From positions 2,403 through 66,402 of the forward strand of contig CAYIMR010000001.1 of NCBI GenBank assembly GCA_964364455.1: a stretch of DNA of 64,000 nt, given 5' to 3'. This DNA comes from an uncultured Planctomycetales bacterium (GTDB lineage: Bacteria; Omnitrophota; Gorgyraeia; Zapsychrales; Zapsychraceae). Below, in pieces: positions 1 to 15,000 of this stretch. A program made the translations under genes and the position numbers. Within the stretch, counting starts at the first letter, position 1; every line of letters starts with the position of its first letter. Under the pieces are notes generated by a model that was given only the letters and a program-made list of their open reading frames with translations, made no database searches and was not told where the DNA came from.

Positions 1-1
1 G

Positions 2-3000
2 ATTGCGGAAATACTCCCTGCCGAATGCGAAACTCGCATTAGTCTCACCACCCATCCACGAATGTTTTTGAGGGGCGGCCGTCAGGCGTGCTTGGTTGAT
101 GATCTTACTGCGCAATTCCTTGATCTCGCTGTCTTCGGAGAGCCCTGGCAGGCCTGCCAGGATTGCCAACACAGCGAGGTAAGCGACGGCGAACCTAGTA
201 TTTCCATCCAATGACCAGCCCGTTCCAGAAATATATTCTGCCTGACGTTGGAATATCACCTGGGCGCGCTCCCGCAGCACTGCAGAAGGGACTCCTTGCA
301 TCGTCAATAAATCAAAAATCGCTGTATCATCTGATTCTAAATTGCCAAAGAACCACTGATTCAGCCGTATCAGCAACCCAGCGTTTTGACGCAGCATCCT
401 CAGTGAAGCGGTGTCACCACGGCCAGCCAGCCAAGTGATAATCTTAATCACATCCTGAGCATTTGGCGTTTCGCTCGCCAAGGTCGTGAGCTGTTCTGTC
501 GCCTCGAGTTCCTGTAACGCTTCGATGGCCAACTCAGATTTCGTCGCATGGCGGCCCAACTGAACCAGTTCAGGAAGCGCGTGGAGTTGTTGTAATGCTC
601 TCAACGCCTTGAAATCATCGAGGCGGTCGGGGGCGTCTGAAGAGAATGGAATGTCGGCTCCTGCCCTCTGAGCCAACTGTTTCACCAAGGCATCGTCGTT
701 TGCAAACTGCGCAAGCACGGATGGAAGGCGTCTAATCTCATAATCTACAATGGTGTCGCCAATCGTACGAAGCGACTTAGGATCTCCCGTGCGAGCTTGA
801 GCGAGTAGGCGTTCCAGGGCCACTTCAGGATCCTTCGTTCCATATTGGCCGTACTCGTAGTACCACGGGTTACGTTTGAACCATTCGAGGAGTTCGTTCT
901 TTGGTTCGGTCGGCTGGACTAAAACGGCTGGGTGAACAACGGGAATAACATCTATCGCTGCCTTGCGAGTTGTGTTCTCGTCTTTAGCTCTGCGTTCTGC
1001 TTTCACTTCCAGCCAAATAATAATTACAATTTCTGCCAACACAGGCACAAACAAAACCGTAAGCCACCCGAATACATGATATAAAGCATAACCGGCAAGT
1101 CCCACGAAAATTACCATCGCGGTGGTCAATAGCACCATAACACCGTCTACGGCCTTATTCAGTGCCTTCGCTCGCTCAAATACTTTCTTTATCGACTTAA
1201 GCTGTGCCGCGAGCCACGCCGATCCAACCACGGGGCTGGAGGCGCGTAGATGCTTCTCCACCTCATGCAGCCTGATCTCCTTAAATCGCTGCGCCAGTTC
1301 TTCAAAACTTATGTTCAGATTTCCCCGGACAAATTCATACATCTGGCCATATTGTTTGACCAGCCGGATAATGCTGACTTTCTCGTGCCCTATCCTGTAA
1401 GAAGCTTCCATGATGGCCAGCCATCGGGCGTCTTGATGTTCTTGATGTGCGTAATACAATTGCGACACCTCCGTCAAATACTGCGCCAATAATTCCTGGG
1501 ATCTCTTGCGGTAATACTCCACGATCTGCTGTTTCTCCCGATAATGATCCGGCAGTTGCAAGAGCGTCACCACTTCCTCAAAACTGTACCCGCTGTCTTT
1601 AAACACATCCATCAGCCAGCCGTTCACGCCCGTCTCGACATACTCCTTCGGGCCTCCCGTATCCGTCGCGATGTTCGGATGCCCGTTAAACGACGCCCGT
1701 TGATCCGACGTACCCGCGGCCTCCCGCGTTGACCTCGGCATGCTCACCCACACGTCGCTGGCCTGCGTCGCCAGCTTCATGGCCTCCGTGCCTGAACCTT
1801 CCACAAATATAAACTTGCCTTCCAAATCTTCCCTTTTGGCCAAGGCTTTAAATTGCCGCACCCACTCCCGGCCGACGGTATCTCTTCCGACACCGCCGAC
1901 CAATAAATTCATTTCCAATCCGTATTTTCTGCCCAACGGTGTTTCGTATTCCTTGTCCCTGTCTCCTGTAATATACTCGATTAACCCAAACAGGATCCTT
2001 TGCTCCTTATACTCCACCAACCTCCTGACCAATCCGGCCAACGGACGCTCGATATGTCTGAATGCCGTCCCTGTTGTCTTCAGCAAATATTCATTCAACT
2101 TGCCCTTGGCATGCTGGCCGATTTCATACAAGTCAATACCTCTTACCCCTTTCCCGCTTCCCTCCAGATCCATTAGTTCCCCGCTCTTCCACAACCGCGG
2201 ATCCGATCCATTGGTGATCGCCAAGGTCTTTTCTCCGGCCCCCGGCAACACGGCTAACCTCGTCACCTCCCCATGCTCCTGGGCGACCGCGTTGATGACC
2301 GCGACCCGCGGATTCTCCGCCAACCTTCTCGCCAAATCCAAGCTGCCGTCCCGGATAACATAATCCGGCGCCAGACCTTCACCAACATGCATCCTTAACC
2401 AGGAAACACTGTCATACTTCGGCAAAGCCGCCGCCTCCGGTGTGTGCGTGGTGAGGACGACTTTCGTATCCCGGTAAATACTTGCTTCTTTGCGTAGCCT
2501 GAAATAACCATTCTCAAAATACTGAATGTCGTTCTCTACGGCCTGCACCAGGAAAAACAATTGCGGTTCATTCAACCTCAGGATATCCGGCGCGACGCCC
2601 AGCTGTTTGAATAATTCCACATACGTCCTGCCCAAGAACGCCATCTGCCGTAACTTGCCGGGCTCCTCCGGATACAACGCGTAATTAATCTCCGGCTGCC
2701 TGATCATCAATACCGGTGTCCCATGCGTGAGGACCATATACAACCGTACGTTGTACATAGATCCGTTAAATTCGACATCAAACCGGAAGGCCTCTTTCTT
2801 GTGTTCGGCAACAGATAATCTGCCGACCCCGGCCGTATGATCCCAGTCGATCCCGATATAAGTGCCGCCTCCGGCATGGTCCACATAATGTTCATACAAT
2901 GGCATCAAACCCACCACCCTTTGCCCGGTCTGTCCGTACGCGCCGTAGGTTTCGCCGGCGAGGAACCCTAATCCGCCGCTGGCCAACGCCTGTTGTGCCC

Positions 3001-6000
3001 GCGGATCCTTGATCTCATCCAGGAACGCCTCCATCGTCGCGTCCACCGCAAACGGCCCTTGCATTAAGTAAGATCGCAGATCCTCAACGCTGCGGATAGA
3101 TCCGGAGCAGATGTCAGTCTTCCGCGCCCCGGCTTGCGTTTGTTCCCTATGACTTTCCGGACTTAAAATCGGGCTGCTGGCCCCGAGCGAAGTCGGGGGG
3201 GAGGCGGTATCCGGGGCTGCCTGCCTTTCTCTTTCGGCTAAAGCCCTGACCGCCTGCAGGAACACTTCCTCGGGATGGTTCCATCCTTCGATAACAATGC
3301 CCGGGTCGATGCGCCGGACTGTTTCCCTGGCCTTCTCCATACTATCAATGCCGGAAAGTCTGTGCAGGCTGTATAAGAAAGATATCAGCAATGACCTCTT
3401 GAACTTCAACTTAAAATACTGGAATTCATCGGGCAGGTTATCCAGCAATGATTTACCGGTGTCACCGATCGGTGCTTCAATGAAATCTTTGATCGTTCCC
3501 TCAAACTGCTTACCGATAAATTCAGAAGTAATCGAAGCTTCGAAATCTTCAAGGTTGGAAACCCTGTCGACAAATTTGCCGATAATCGCACCGGGGCCAA
3601 ACTTGACAATCTCAAACAAGTAATCCGCGGCATCTTTTTTCTTTGTCAAAACCCAGACCAATTCCATCAATCTATCGAGATCAAAAGGTAAACCATGGAT
3701 ATCTTTCCCGATTGCCGCCAGTCCGTCAATGATTTGCGTTTTGATGAGTTCCAGGACCTCTCGCCTTTCTTCATCGCTAACAGGACGCTTGTTTTTATCT
3801 GTAAATTGCGCTCTTCTTTCTTCAGGAGGCAATTTATCATTACGGGCATTCGTAAAATATCGGATAGAATCCTCCACCGCGTCATGCAAAGGCAGCCCCA
3901 GCGCGACAAGAAGATCTCTTCCGGCCCATCTATTGACATACATGGCCAACACCCCCAGGGGATGAGCGATATAAGGGGCGCCACCCTGTCTTATCTGTCC
4001 GGAATGATGATACTGAGCTATCTTGTAAAAAATTTCAAAAATTTCTCTATCCAAACCCGGCATCAGGCTGCCTGTTCCTGTAAAATCATCGGGGCCGAAG
4101 AAAAGATACCCGGGCAATCCCCGGAGTTTTTCCTGCACAAAACGCTCCACGGTCCCCTCTGCCAGCTTTAAGGAAACCGGCCCCGTTGCTTCATCCATGA
4201 ACGACGCGCGGGCGAAAGCCAAAGCGACATCCTGGCGTTTAATTTTATGAAGCGATTCCAGAACCAATGTAATTCTTGCTTTTCCGTTACTTGATGTTCC
4301 GCTGAAAATCTTCGCGACATTGATTTGAGGGTCGAGCCGCCCGATGGTATCCAGGAGCCAGGAGAGCTGGCCGACCTTGTCAGGAATTTCCACCATAAAT
4401 TCTTCACGGTATATTTTCGTCCACAATAATTTAGGCAGCCACCAGGTTTTTGATACACTCGTTACATCGGCATCCGGAAGGGTACGTAAGGTCTGCGCAA
4501 TAGCTAATGCACGGGCGGCATCAATACCACGGATGGTAAGGTCGACAACGACTTTAACAAATCCTTTCATATTGGCGCGCAGCTCAGCCGGGATCTCTTT
4601 ATCGACATAAACCGTGAAAAAGCGTATATTGCCGCCAAGATTTTTTACCTCGCGGCTTACGGCGCGCAGCATGCCCGGCCTGTCGTGCCGTGCCCAGATT
4701 TGAAGACTAATTTCTCCATCGTAAAATTCTTTTGTGGTCCTGACAAAGATCTTTCTTTTATCCGAAGGCAGTCTTGCCTTGATCTGTTCCGGAGTAATCT
4801 GCTTGCTGCCGGCGGCCGCGATCAGGGAATCGACGTCTTTGAGATGTTCCTTTTCGAAGGTGAGCAAAAGCGTCTCCAGCCGGGCGAAATTATCAGATTT
4901 AGCAAGCTGTTGGCTGTTCTCTAAACTCAGGGCCTGAGCTACAATCTCTTCCCCTTGAATAAGCGCCTCGCGGTGAATATCCTGAACGGACAACAGATCC
5001 AAAGCGACGGCCAGATACAGCGCGTTCCAGTCAGCCAAGTCAAGTTTTCGGGCCAGCGGATCAAGAAAATCCTGCCTGTATGTTTCTAAAGAATGTATAT
5101 AATGGATCCGCATCAGCATCTTGTTCACATTATTGGCCGCATCATCGTTAAGCTTTCTTTTTTCTTCCACGCCCATACCAGCCAATGCCCCGGCAAGTTT
5201 CTCGGACAAATGATTAACCGGCGAGGAAGAAGAAACAGGGCTGGAGGAGGACGGCCCGTTCATCGCGTATTTCGCTCTCTCCAGGTCTTCCTTGATACGC
5301 TTTAACTCCTCCGCGGAAATCCCTTCGGGGTGTTTCAATGTCAACGCGACCGTCGCGAATTTGCCCTCCACTCTCGTTTTAATACTTAAAACATTGATCC
5401 GGGTATCCCTGTCCCAAAGAGCCCGTAACATGTTGACGAGAACCCCCGTTTTGTGTGGAATACGCTCAATTGAAACAGGGACTCTATTGGAATAAATGAA
5501 TTGGGCCATTTTCCGGGTAAAAGCCGGTTCGGGGACTTTGATATCCGGGATCGTTCCCAGGGCTTCCATAATATTATTGATCTTTTCCGGAGTTACGCCT
5601 TCCACCTCCAGGACAATGTTGACTTCTTTTGTCTCATCCGAATCAAAATCGCCAAGATTCGCCCCAAATTCTGAAATAATCTTTGCGACATCCAGAAAGA
5701 TGCCCGGCCAGTCATATCTGCCCGTAACGATGAGCCGCGCGCGGCCATCGCTCACCGCCCCCTCAAGCCTCACCTTGAGGTTGCCCGCTGAAAAGCGTTC
5801 ATTGATAACTTCCGCGTCGATCTGTTTCGTGCCGACCAAGGCATAAAGATCTTCCACGCTCTTTAACCTGAATGACGGGAACGTCCCTAAAAGACGCTCA
5901 AGCATAATGCGCGTATCGGGCAGACTGAAATCAAGCCGTGTCAATCGTTTCTTGAGCATCTGCCCGCCTATTTTGATAGCGCGCTCTTTGATCTGGTCTT

Positions 6001-9000
6001 TCGCGATAATTCCAAGCTCTACCGCCATCAATAATTCCCGCGCGTTTTTAAGCCCCAGGTCGAGCGCCATAGGGCCAAGGAATTGATCCGTGCAACTTAT
6101 GATCCCTTCCATCACTTGCGCATGTTCACGCTTGCCAAGACCAAGCATGCCAATGATTAACCGCGCGCGGTTTGTTTTGACCTTGCTGATTATATGCCTG
6201 TCGATGCTCTTGACGGCCTTCCCGCTGACCACCCGTACCGTTAACCCGTTAGATACCGGTTCTGTCGCTGATAACCATTTCTTTTGAGTAACTTCAAAAC
6301 CTTCTTCTCGTTCCACCGCCACAAAAGCCTCTACGCCGGCATATTGGTCATTGAAAAGATCTATATAGCGATGAGCGGCGATATCGGCCGAGATTGAATT
6401 TAAAGGCAGCCGGAGAGGCACAAACTCCCCTTCATTGACGTTGACCGTTACATAAATCCATTGTTTTTCCAGTTTTTGTAACGCTTCAAAATCTTTGGCA
6501 AAATTACCGCTCAATTTTAATTCGGGGATATTCCTGAAGCGCTGCTTGGATAACGTGGGTTCCTTGGATACATTGTAGATCCAATGCGCCCCGCCCGCTT
6601 CCGTGGAGTACTGATAAAGATCAAAATTGGCGGACGTCATGATCTGTATTTCAAAGGGCCTGGTTGAATCATCCCAATAATCTATATGTACCCCTTCGTA
6701 GTGATCCCCTTTTATCCGATTCCTAGGCTTTGCTCCCATCCAATGCCTGCCCGGCATTCTGACAAATTGGTCAATAAGGCCGATAACCTCTCCCATCAAC
6801 ATTTTGTCTTCACTCAAAATGACAAGACGAAATCCGAATAAATCGTTAATGTCATCAAGCGCAACCCCTTTGCGGGTCATCTTGTTCCTTATCGAAGCGG
6901 GGCCTTTAAACCGTCCGGTCACATAGAATTTGTCTGCCGGTATACTGGATTTAAGGTAAATGATCAGGTTCCGGAGTTCCAGGGCAAGGTATTCCTCGGA
7001 TTGTTCCCTGTTCAAGCCTGTCCGTTTTTTCAAGGCCTCCGCCAACTGCGTATATTCCTCATAATTGGTATAGTAAAACCATTTGTCTCTTAGAAAATCA
7101 GCCATGTCCCGGCGCCCTGACCGTTCAGCCAGCGGAATATAAACTTCCAGGATTTCATAAAGGATCCGCTCGCGCCGTTCCCCGGACGCGCTGGAAAGTG
7201 CCTCTATCTTATCGGCGCAGGCCAACAACAGGACTTTGGCGTTCGCCGCTGTTGTAATAATCATTCCCATCTGGTTGCGCACGACTTCACTTCCCTTAAC
7301 CACCGCCGCGCGTTTCCACAGATCACCAAAGAATGTGTTGATATTTTTAAGTCTCGGCGGATTATATTCAAGATTGCGTAACTCTTTAAGCCCGTTGAGC
7401 AGATCCCAGAGAGCAGTACCTTGGAATTCGGCAATCCCTCGACGGCGAAGTCCTTCCATCTTCGCGGCCTCAAGCAGACTCAACCACGCCGCCGCGACGA
7501 CATCGGCGGACCCGCCAAATGCTTCGACGTGGTTTGCTCTATGTTCCGCGGATTTGTATAATTTTTCATCATATCCTTCCCGGGCAATTTTTTTGGCCTT
7601 TTGAACGATCGGTTCTTCGTTATTTTCATTGACCACCGGACTGCTGGAAGAAAGCTTATCCCCTGCCGGAGAACTCGCATCATCAAGCATCAATGTCTTG
7701 GCCAGTATTCTGAAGTATTCCTGCCGTCCCATGGTGTATTTGAACAGGGCCTCGACGCTTTCGGATGTTTTTTCCCAGCTATTATCCGACATCAGCGCGT
7801 GTGCCCTGAGCGTATCCCACTGATCGTTCTCATTTCTGGCTTTCCACGCGGCGTATAACCGGTCAAAGGCGAACATGATATAGTCCACCGTCCTGTCCAC
7901 TCTGTATTCATCGACAGGGAATCTCGCTCCGTTGAAATCAGGTTCATTGTCATTGATACGGGTGATCCGCGCGAGTTCCGGAACATAGATCGATCTTATC
8001 GTAGATTTATGTCCCTGTTTGTCCGATACCAGCCCGGGGACACCAAAGGCCAAAGCTTCCATAGGTGATATTCCGCCCGGTTCCCACATGGAGAAAGAAT
8101 TGTAGAAATCGCCGATCCCGTAAACGTGATAATAGAGAGGCTTTTGATTGGAAACAAAATCGTTGTTGTATCCAACTCTCCCGGGAAACTCATAGATCAA
8201 CGCGTTGAGTTGCCCCATGAGAAGAGGATCTCCCACCCCGGCAAAGACAAACGACACATCCGGATACCGGCCGCTATACATGACCCTGCGGACAAACGGC
8301 ACCACATACTGAATGCCTTTTTGATCCGTAATACGTGAGACCAGATTACCGACGAAATAATTTTCATTGATATATTCCGATCTGCCGCCGGAGGCCGGCC
8401 AGAATTGAGGATATTCTTCGGCCATGATTATCCTCGACTCGATCTGCTTCTTGCGCTGGATTTTGAGGAACTTCTGCAAATCCTCCGGCGTATGGACGTC
8501 GAACATGGTCATGCCGAAGCGACCGCGCTGACGCTCCCGCAACGGGATACCGTTGGTCACCGAGAATAATCTGCGCGCCTGTTTCTTTTCAATGAACACA
8601 TGACGGAAGCCTTCGGCGCCGCCTTTGTCATCGGTCTGCACATAGTCCCTCAATTGTCCGGGGCTTACCGGCACAATGATGCCGGCGTGCCGGATAAAGG
8701 CGTGCATGAAATTGATCAAATCACTCCTGTGAGGATCAATAAACCATCCGTAATCTTCCGGCGCCAATCCCAGATTGCCCAAAAGATCAACGCCATTCTG
8801 ATAGCGTCCCACCTTGAACTGATAATCCTGCCCGTTGTTATGGATCCATCCGATCGTGCGCGCTTGTGAAAAATGCGGATCTCGCTTATATAAAGACCTG
8901 TCGGAATTAAGATGGGCCATCAGCGGCGCCGTCATCCAGTCGTTCCCGATAATGATGCTCGGATGGATATTAAGCGCCTTCATCGCTTCCAAAGCTCCCA

Positions 9001-12000
9001 GGGAGAGGAAGGCGGCGCGCAACGACTCGTGTTCCTTGCTGGATTGTCCGTATAAAGCATCCGCGAAATATGGATTGTCCAGAAAAACATAATCCACATC
9101 TTCAAAATATTTTTCCGCTATGGATCCGGCGACATGCCCGTGCCGCCCTAAGAAGATTTGCGCGACCTTTCCGGTGTACTGGACGGTGGACTTATCAAGA
9201 TTCTGATACTGCGGTAAAACGACATATACCTTTAATCCTGACTTAGCTAATACCATCGCCAACTCTCCAACCACATTGGCCATGCCCCCGGCCTTAAAGT
9301 ACGGCACCGCCTCGGGCGAAACGAAAACCGCCGCCCCGACATCCATCCAGCGGCGGACTTTCTGGGCCGCCTCCCTTACCAATTCATCTTCCGTGCGTTT
9401 CGTCAGGCTCTCCAGCATCCTTTTCATTTTGTCCGCTTCTTTAGGATGTTTAACTGCCATATCATGCATGATCACCGTCAGATCCGTCGTATTAAGCTGG
9501 CCTCGGGTTGCCCGACTCTCGACGATACGCGCTAAATAGGAAAATCGTTCATGGAAAAAGGCATAACTGCGGTGCAGGACGGCTTTTTCAAGCCATCGAA
9601 ACGCGTTATTGACCTTGATCCTTCGCGGCCGATACTGCTCGCTGTAGCGCTTGAGCGCGTCCCGCAGCGCCCGGCCGCGGGCATTCGTCGTAAGACTTCC
9701 GACACCATCGCTTAAATCATCTTTAAGCCCACGGACCTTCCTGACCGCCAGCACGGCCGGCTGATAAGATCCCAGCGTCAATCTTATCCCTTCGGCCAGC
9801 AACTCTTTCCCCGTAAAGACTTCCTCTCTGCCGTTTTCCAGATCCGTTACCATATAGAATTGTTTTGAAGAAGACTCTATCTCCAATTGCTTTTGCAACG
9901 GCGCAAGATCGATACCGGCGAAAGCCGTCTCCCACCATTCGTTGATAACAAATATCAATTTCTCTTTTTTGTTAAACCGCGCGATGGCAAAGATACGGTC
10001 GTGATGTGTATTGATGAGATATTCATTGCCCGTATGCAAGGATCCATACCGGCGATACGTATTTAACGCGCGCTGATAAAATTGCTGGACCGTTTCCTTG
10101 TAAAGGTTCTCGAATTCCAGTTGAGCGTAATAGCGCTGCCGGTCGGCCTCCGCGTAATTATGCCAGGTATAGTTATCGATACGAACGCGATGCACCTCGC
10201 CTTCTTCCTGGCGGTTATAAATCATGATCGGCCCGCGGGTCGTGGCCAGCCAGGTCCATATCGCCGCCTTGAGCCGGCGCGGCCCGTAATGCTGCCATCT
10301 GTCCATCACGCGGAAGAAGTCATGCGTCTCCAGCGCCCCGACCATTTGCGATCCTTTTGGCAATTCATTCGACAACCACCGGAAATGTCCGTTTAATATC
10401 GTCTGCGTGCTGCCGCCTTCCATAATGACCTTCTGCAGATCCGAATACGTCCCTGTCTCCATCGGCATAACACCGGACTTAAGCAGTTGAATGTCCTTCC
10501 CGTAATTTTCACCCACAAAAATGAAATCGGGATAATCTTTGGTGATGTGGGAAACCAGATACACCAAAAGCGGATTGCCTTCGCCGCCATGCCAATGGTT
10601 AACGACCTTGAATCCACCGTCTTGTTTGCGCTCCCAGGAAGTGACGTGACCGAATAATTTCTGCTTGCCGTTCAATGATCTTTCGGCCGGCAGCATGACA
10701 CCGAAATGATGCGCCACGTCGATGCGTGCCCCTTTAATACCATTTTTGGCCAAGCGCCGGATCAGCGTTTCATAGGCGTATAACACCCGGATATCCCGCC
10801 AGTTGATCACCACCGAATCGTGCCATTCAACCGGAAGCCCGTCCTCGTGGTTAACACTGCCATCGGTCGCCAATCGCCGGATGATCTTACCGAAGGATCT
10901 GGCCTTGACGATCGACCATTCAGGCAGCTGCTTAAAGTTCTGGTTCACGTGGGGGATGAGGTCGACCAAAATTTCTATGCCGTATTTTTCTTTAGCCTTT
11001 TTCACGAGTCTGCTCAATCCTTCTTCACCGCCCAATTCCTTGCTGATATTAAATTCCAGCGGCGAGAATAGCGACGCGTCCGGGCCAACCTGACCGATAA
11101 TGTTTTCCGGCCGATCGAGCTGGTAAACGCCCATCACATAAACGTACGCGAACCCTTGCGCATGGAGATACGGCAGTTTCTCTTCGATCGTCTTGAATGT
11201 CCCGGGAATGGCCCTGCCGTTCTCATCGTGAATAATCTTGCCGTCTTCTCCGTAAACACCCAAATACGCCGGCCAGCCTTGATAGATCATCTTCCCTCTC
11301 AAGTCGGGCTGGGCAAAAATCGTCACATTGGCTTGATCATTTTCAACGTACTGCCAGTCCATGCGCCCGTTATCCTGCAGTTGAACGGCGAGGTGGATAA
11401 CTCCTTTACGCGCCCTGAGAACACGGCTGCCTTCCGAAAAACTTAACCGTATGGAATTGTCCGTCTCCGGCACCACATTCAGCTTCCGGTATCTTTTTTG
11501 CCCGGAATAATTCGTTGCCGTGACCAGCCGCGCGTTGAATGTCTTTAATCTTTTCTTGTTCTTGAAGGGATTAAATCCCGCGTCAATGACCATATCACTG
11601 AACTCGACCGCTTCTCCCAGCTTCGCCATGCGTGTCTCGTGGGCCGCGGGGAATTCTTGCGGCCGGCCGCTATATAAATTGTTCAGGATCTTCTGCGTCA
11701 TCACCTGAATGTGATCGTCCTCAACGCCCAGCGCCGCGTTCAAGATGCGTTTGGCTTCTTCTCCCGCTTTGGGATGATGGACAAGTCCTTCCAGCTGCCG
11801 CACGGCATCGACCATTCTCTGGTGGTCTCCGGAATTTAACTCGTAGACGATCTTGTAAAGGGCGGGATGATTTTGGTAGCGCGCGAGGTCTTCGCGCATA
11901 TCGGAGACTTCCCGGGGATCGGTGATGACATCAACGCGCTGGCCATGCCCGAAGAATGACCGGATGTGGCGCGTATCCGTCAGATAATCCACAAAATGAG

Positions 12001-15000
12001 CAGGGGCGATCCTGACGATGGCCTGCTCATCTTTGTTCCATTTGTAATAAAGGTCAATATGCTCATCTTCAAAAAAGACCTCTTTAAATTGTTCGATCCT
12101 TTTACCGACGGCCTTCGGTATGTCCGCCCGCGGCAGGATCTGGCGCAGGATCGTTTGGATACGCGCTCTTCTGTCCACGCCCCGGCGCGCGGTTCTTGCC
12201 TCATAAATTTTCCGTATTAATTTTCGTTCAGCCAACATACGCCAAAACTCGAGGAAAAGCTGTTGCTTGCGGTCCCGTTCCCGCGCGTCCGTGCTCTCAA
12301 TCGGGGAGGAGCTGCGGCTGGAGGCGGAGTCGGCTGAGGTGAGCTCTCGACGGCGAAGTCCTTCCATCTTCGCGGCCTCAAGCAGACTCAACCACGCCGC
12401 CGCGACGACATCGGCGGACCCGCCAAATGCTTCGACGTGGTTTGCTCTATGTTCCGCGGATTTGTATAATTTTTCATCATATCCTTCCCGGGCAATTTTT
12501 TTGGCCTTTTGAACGATCGGTTCTTCGTTATTTTCATTGACCACCGGACTGCTGGAAGAATCATTCTGCCTCTTTAAAATAAGCATGCCCAGCGGCGGAA
12601 GTGTGAGATTCAGCGAATAAGGCCGGCCGTGCGTGGAGACAGGTTGCGCCATAACACCGCCGGAGTTTCCGATGTTGCCACCGCCGTAAATGTCCGCGTC
12701 GCTATTGAGGATTTTCTGCCAATATCCGCCCTGCGGCACGCCGATACGGTAATCCTGCCGGAGCAGGGGTGTGAAGTTCATAACCACCACGACGTTGCCT
12801 TGAGGATTTCGACCCCGGCGTATGAAGCTGATTACACTTTGCTCCCAATCACTAAAATCGATCCACTCAAAACCATGCCCTTCGAAATCCACCTCATGAA
12901 GGGCGGACTCGCGGCGGTAGAGACCGTTGAGATCCCGCACCCATCTCTGCGTCCCTTGATGGCCGGGATAATTCCGAAGATGCCATTCAATTGCTGTATT
13001 CGCGTCCCACTCTTTCGCCTGCCCGAATTCCCCGCCCATAAACAACAACTTCTTGCCGGGCATGGTAAACTGCAGACCGAAAAGTAATCTCAAGTTGGCA
13101 AAGACCTGCCGCTCGTCGCCAGGCATTCTTTCTTTCAGCGAGCGCTTGCCGTGAACGACTTCATCATGCGAAAGCGGAAGAACAAAATTCTCGGTAGAAG
13201 CGTAGACCAGATAAAATGTCAAAAGATGCTGGTTGAATTTCCGATAAATGGGATCGAGCTTCATATATTCCAGGGTATCGTGCATCCAGCCCATGGACCA
13301 TTTCATCGAAAAGCCGAGACCACCCATATCCGCCGGGCGGGAGACCATCGGCCAGGAAGTCGATTCTTCGGCGATGGTCAAAATGCCCGGATATTGCCCA
13401 TGCGCAGCGATGTTGAAATCTTTCAGAAACGCGACGGCTTCGAGGTTCTCCCTTCCGCCATAAACGTTGGGAATCCATTCGCCGTCTTTACGCGAATAAT
13501 CGCGGTAGAGCATTGATGCCACCGCGTCCACCCGCAGGCCGTCGATATGATACTTCTCAAGCCAGAAGAGAGCGTTGGCGATCAGAAAACTGCGCACCTC
13601 ATGGCGGCTGTAATTAAAGGTGTTTGTGCCCCAGTCCGGATGATCCCGTTCGCGCGCGTCGCTGTAGGAGAAAAGATGCGTGCCGTCAAAATTGTAAAGC
13701 CCGACTTCATCCTTCGGGAAATGCGCCGGCACCCAATCAACAAGGACTCCAATGCCCTGCTGATGCAGATGATCCACCAGATACATGAAATCCTGCGGCG
13801 TGCCGTAACGCGACGTCGGGGCATAGAAATTGCTGACCTGATAACCCCAGGAAGGATAATAAAGATGTTCCGCGACAGGCATAAATTCAACGTGGGTAAA
13901 GTTCATGTCTTTGACATATTGGGCCAGACGCGGCGCGATCTCGCGATAAGTTAACCATCGGTTGTTCTCCCCGCGCAGCCAGGATCCGAGGTGAATTTCA
14001 TAAACGGAAACCGGCGCGTCCAAGGCCTGCTTTCGGGCGCGCTCACCCATCCACTGCGCGTCTTGCCATTCGTAGTCCAGACCCCAGATAATCGAAGCGT
14101 TACTGGCGGGCTGTTCGCTCGTCGGGAACTGATTAAATGAAGCGCAGGGATCAGATTTCATGCGCGTTATACCATCCGCGCCCTTCACGGCGAATTTATA
14201 AACCGTGCCCGCGCCGATATTCGGGACAAAGATAGCCCAGATACCGGCGTCCAGACGCCAGAGGCAATGCGCACCCTGATCCCATTCATTGAAATCACCG
14301 ACCAGAGAAATTGCCTGCGCGTTGGGCGCCCACACGGCAAAATACGTGCCGATCGTCCGGCCGTCGGCCTGAATCAGATGCGCCCCAAGCTTCTCATAAA
14401 TACGGTAATGCGTCCCTTGGCCGACCAAAAGTTGTCTGTCGAAATCACTTAAATGGAGCTTTTGAATCTCTTTTAGAACCGCCGGATAAGACAGTTCTAC
14501 AATCCTGTTCTCGCGCTCCACAGAGGCAAGGAAGTTATTCAATTCCCGTGGATGAACCGCGTAATAAACATACATGATTTCCAACGCCGAAACCGGACTG
14601 GAAGAGGCTTCCGCAATAATCACCCGGCCGTTTTTGCCGAATCTGCTCACTAAGTTTAAATTTTTGCGTGGGGCAGGATCACCGGTAATGAAGACTTCTT
14701 CCCGATCCGTTTGAATCATCCCGGCCACATAGGAATCATGGCGGATATTCCCGGTTTCTAACGGCCGCCCATTAACTTCTATATTCTTAAGAAGAGTCTG
14801 CATGGCCCGGAGTTCATCCATAGAACTAGTGTCATCGGACAATTTTCTCCCGATCTTTTGCGCTATGGAAGCCAACCAATTAAGACCTGTGCTTCCAACA
14901 CCCTTACCCTGCAATTTTGCATCGACAAAATGATTTAGCACCAAAATACTGTTTTTTGAGACGAAGAACTCAAGAACGCCGATGGGCACGGATTTCTCTC

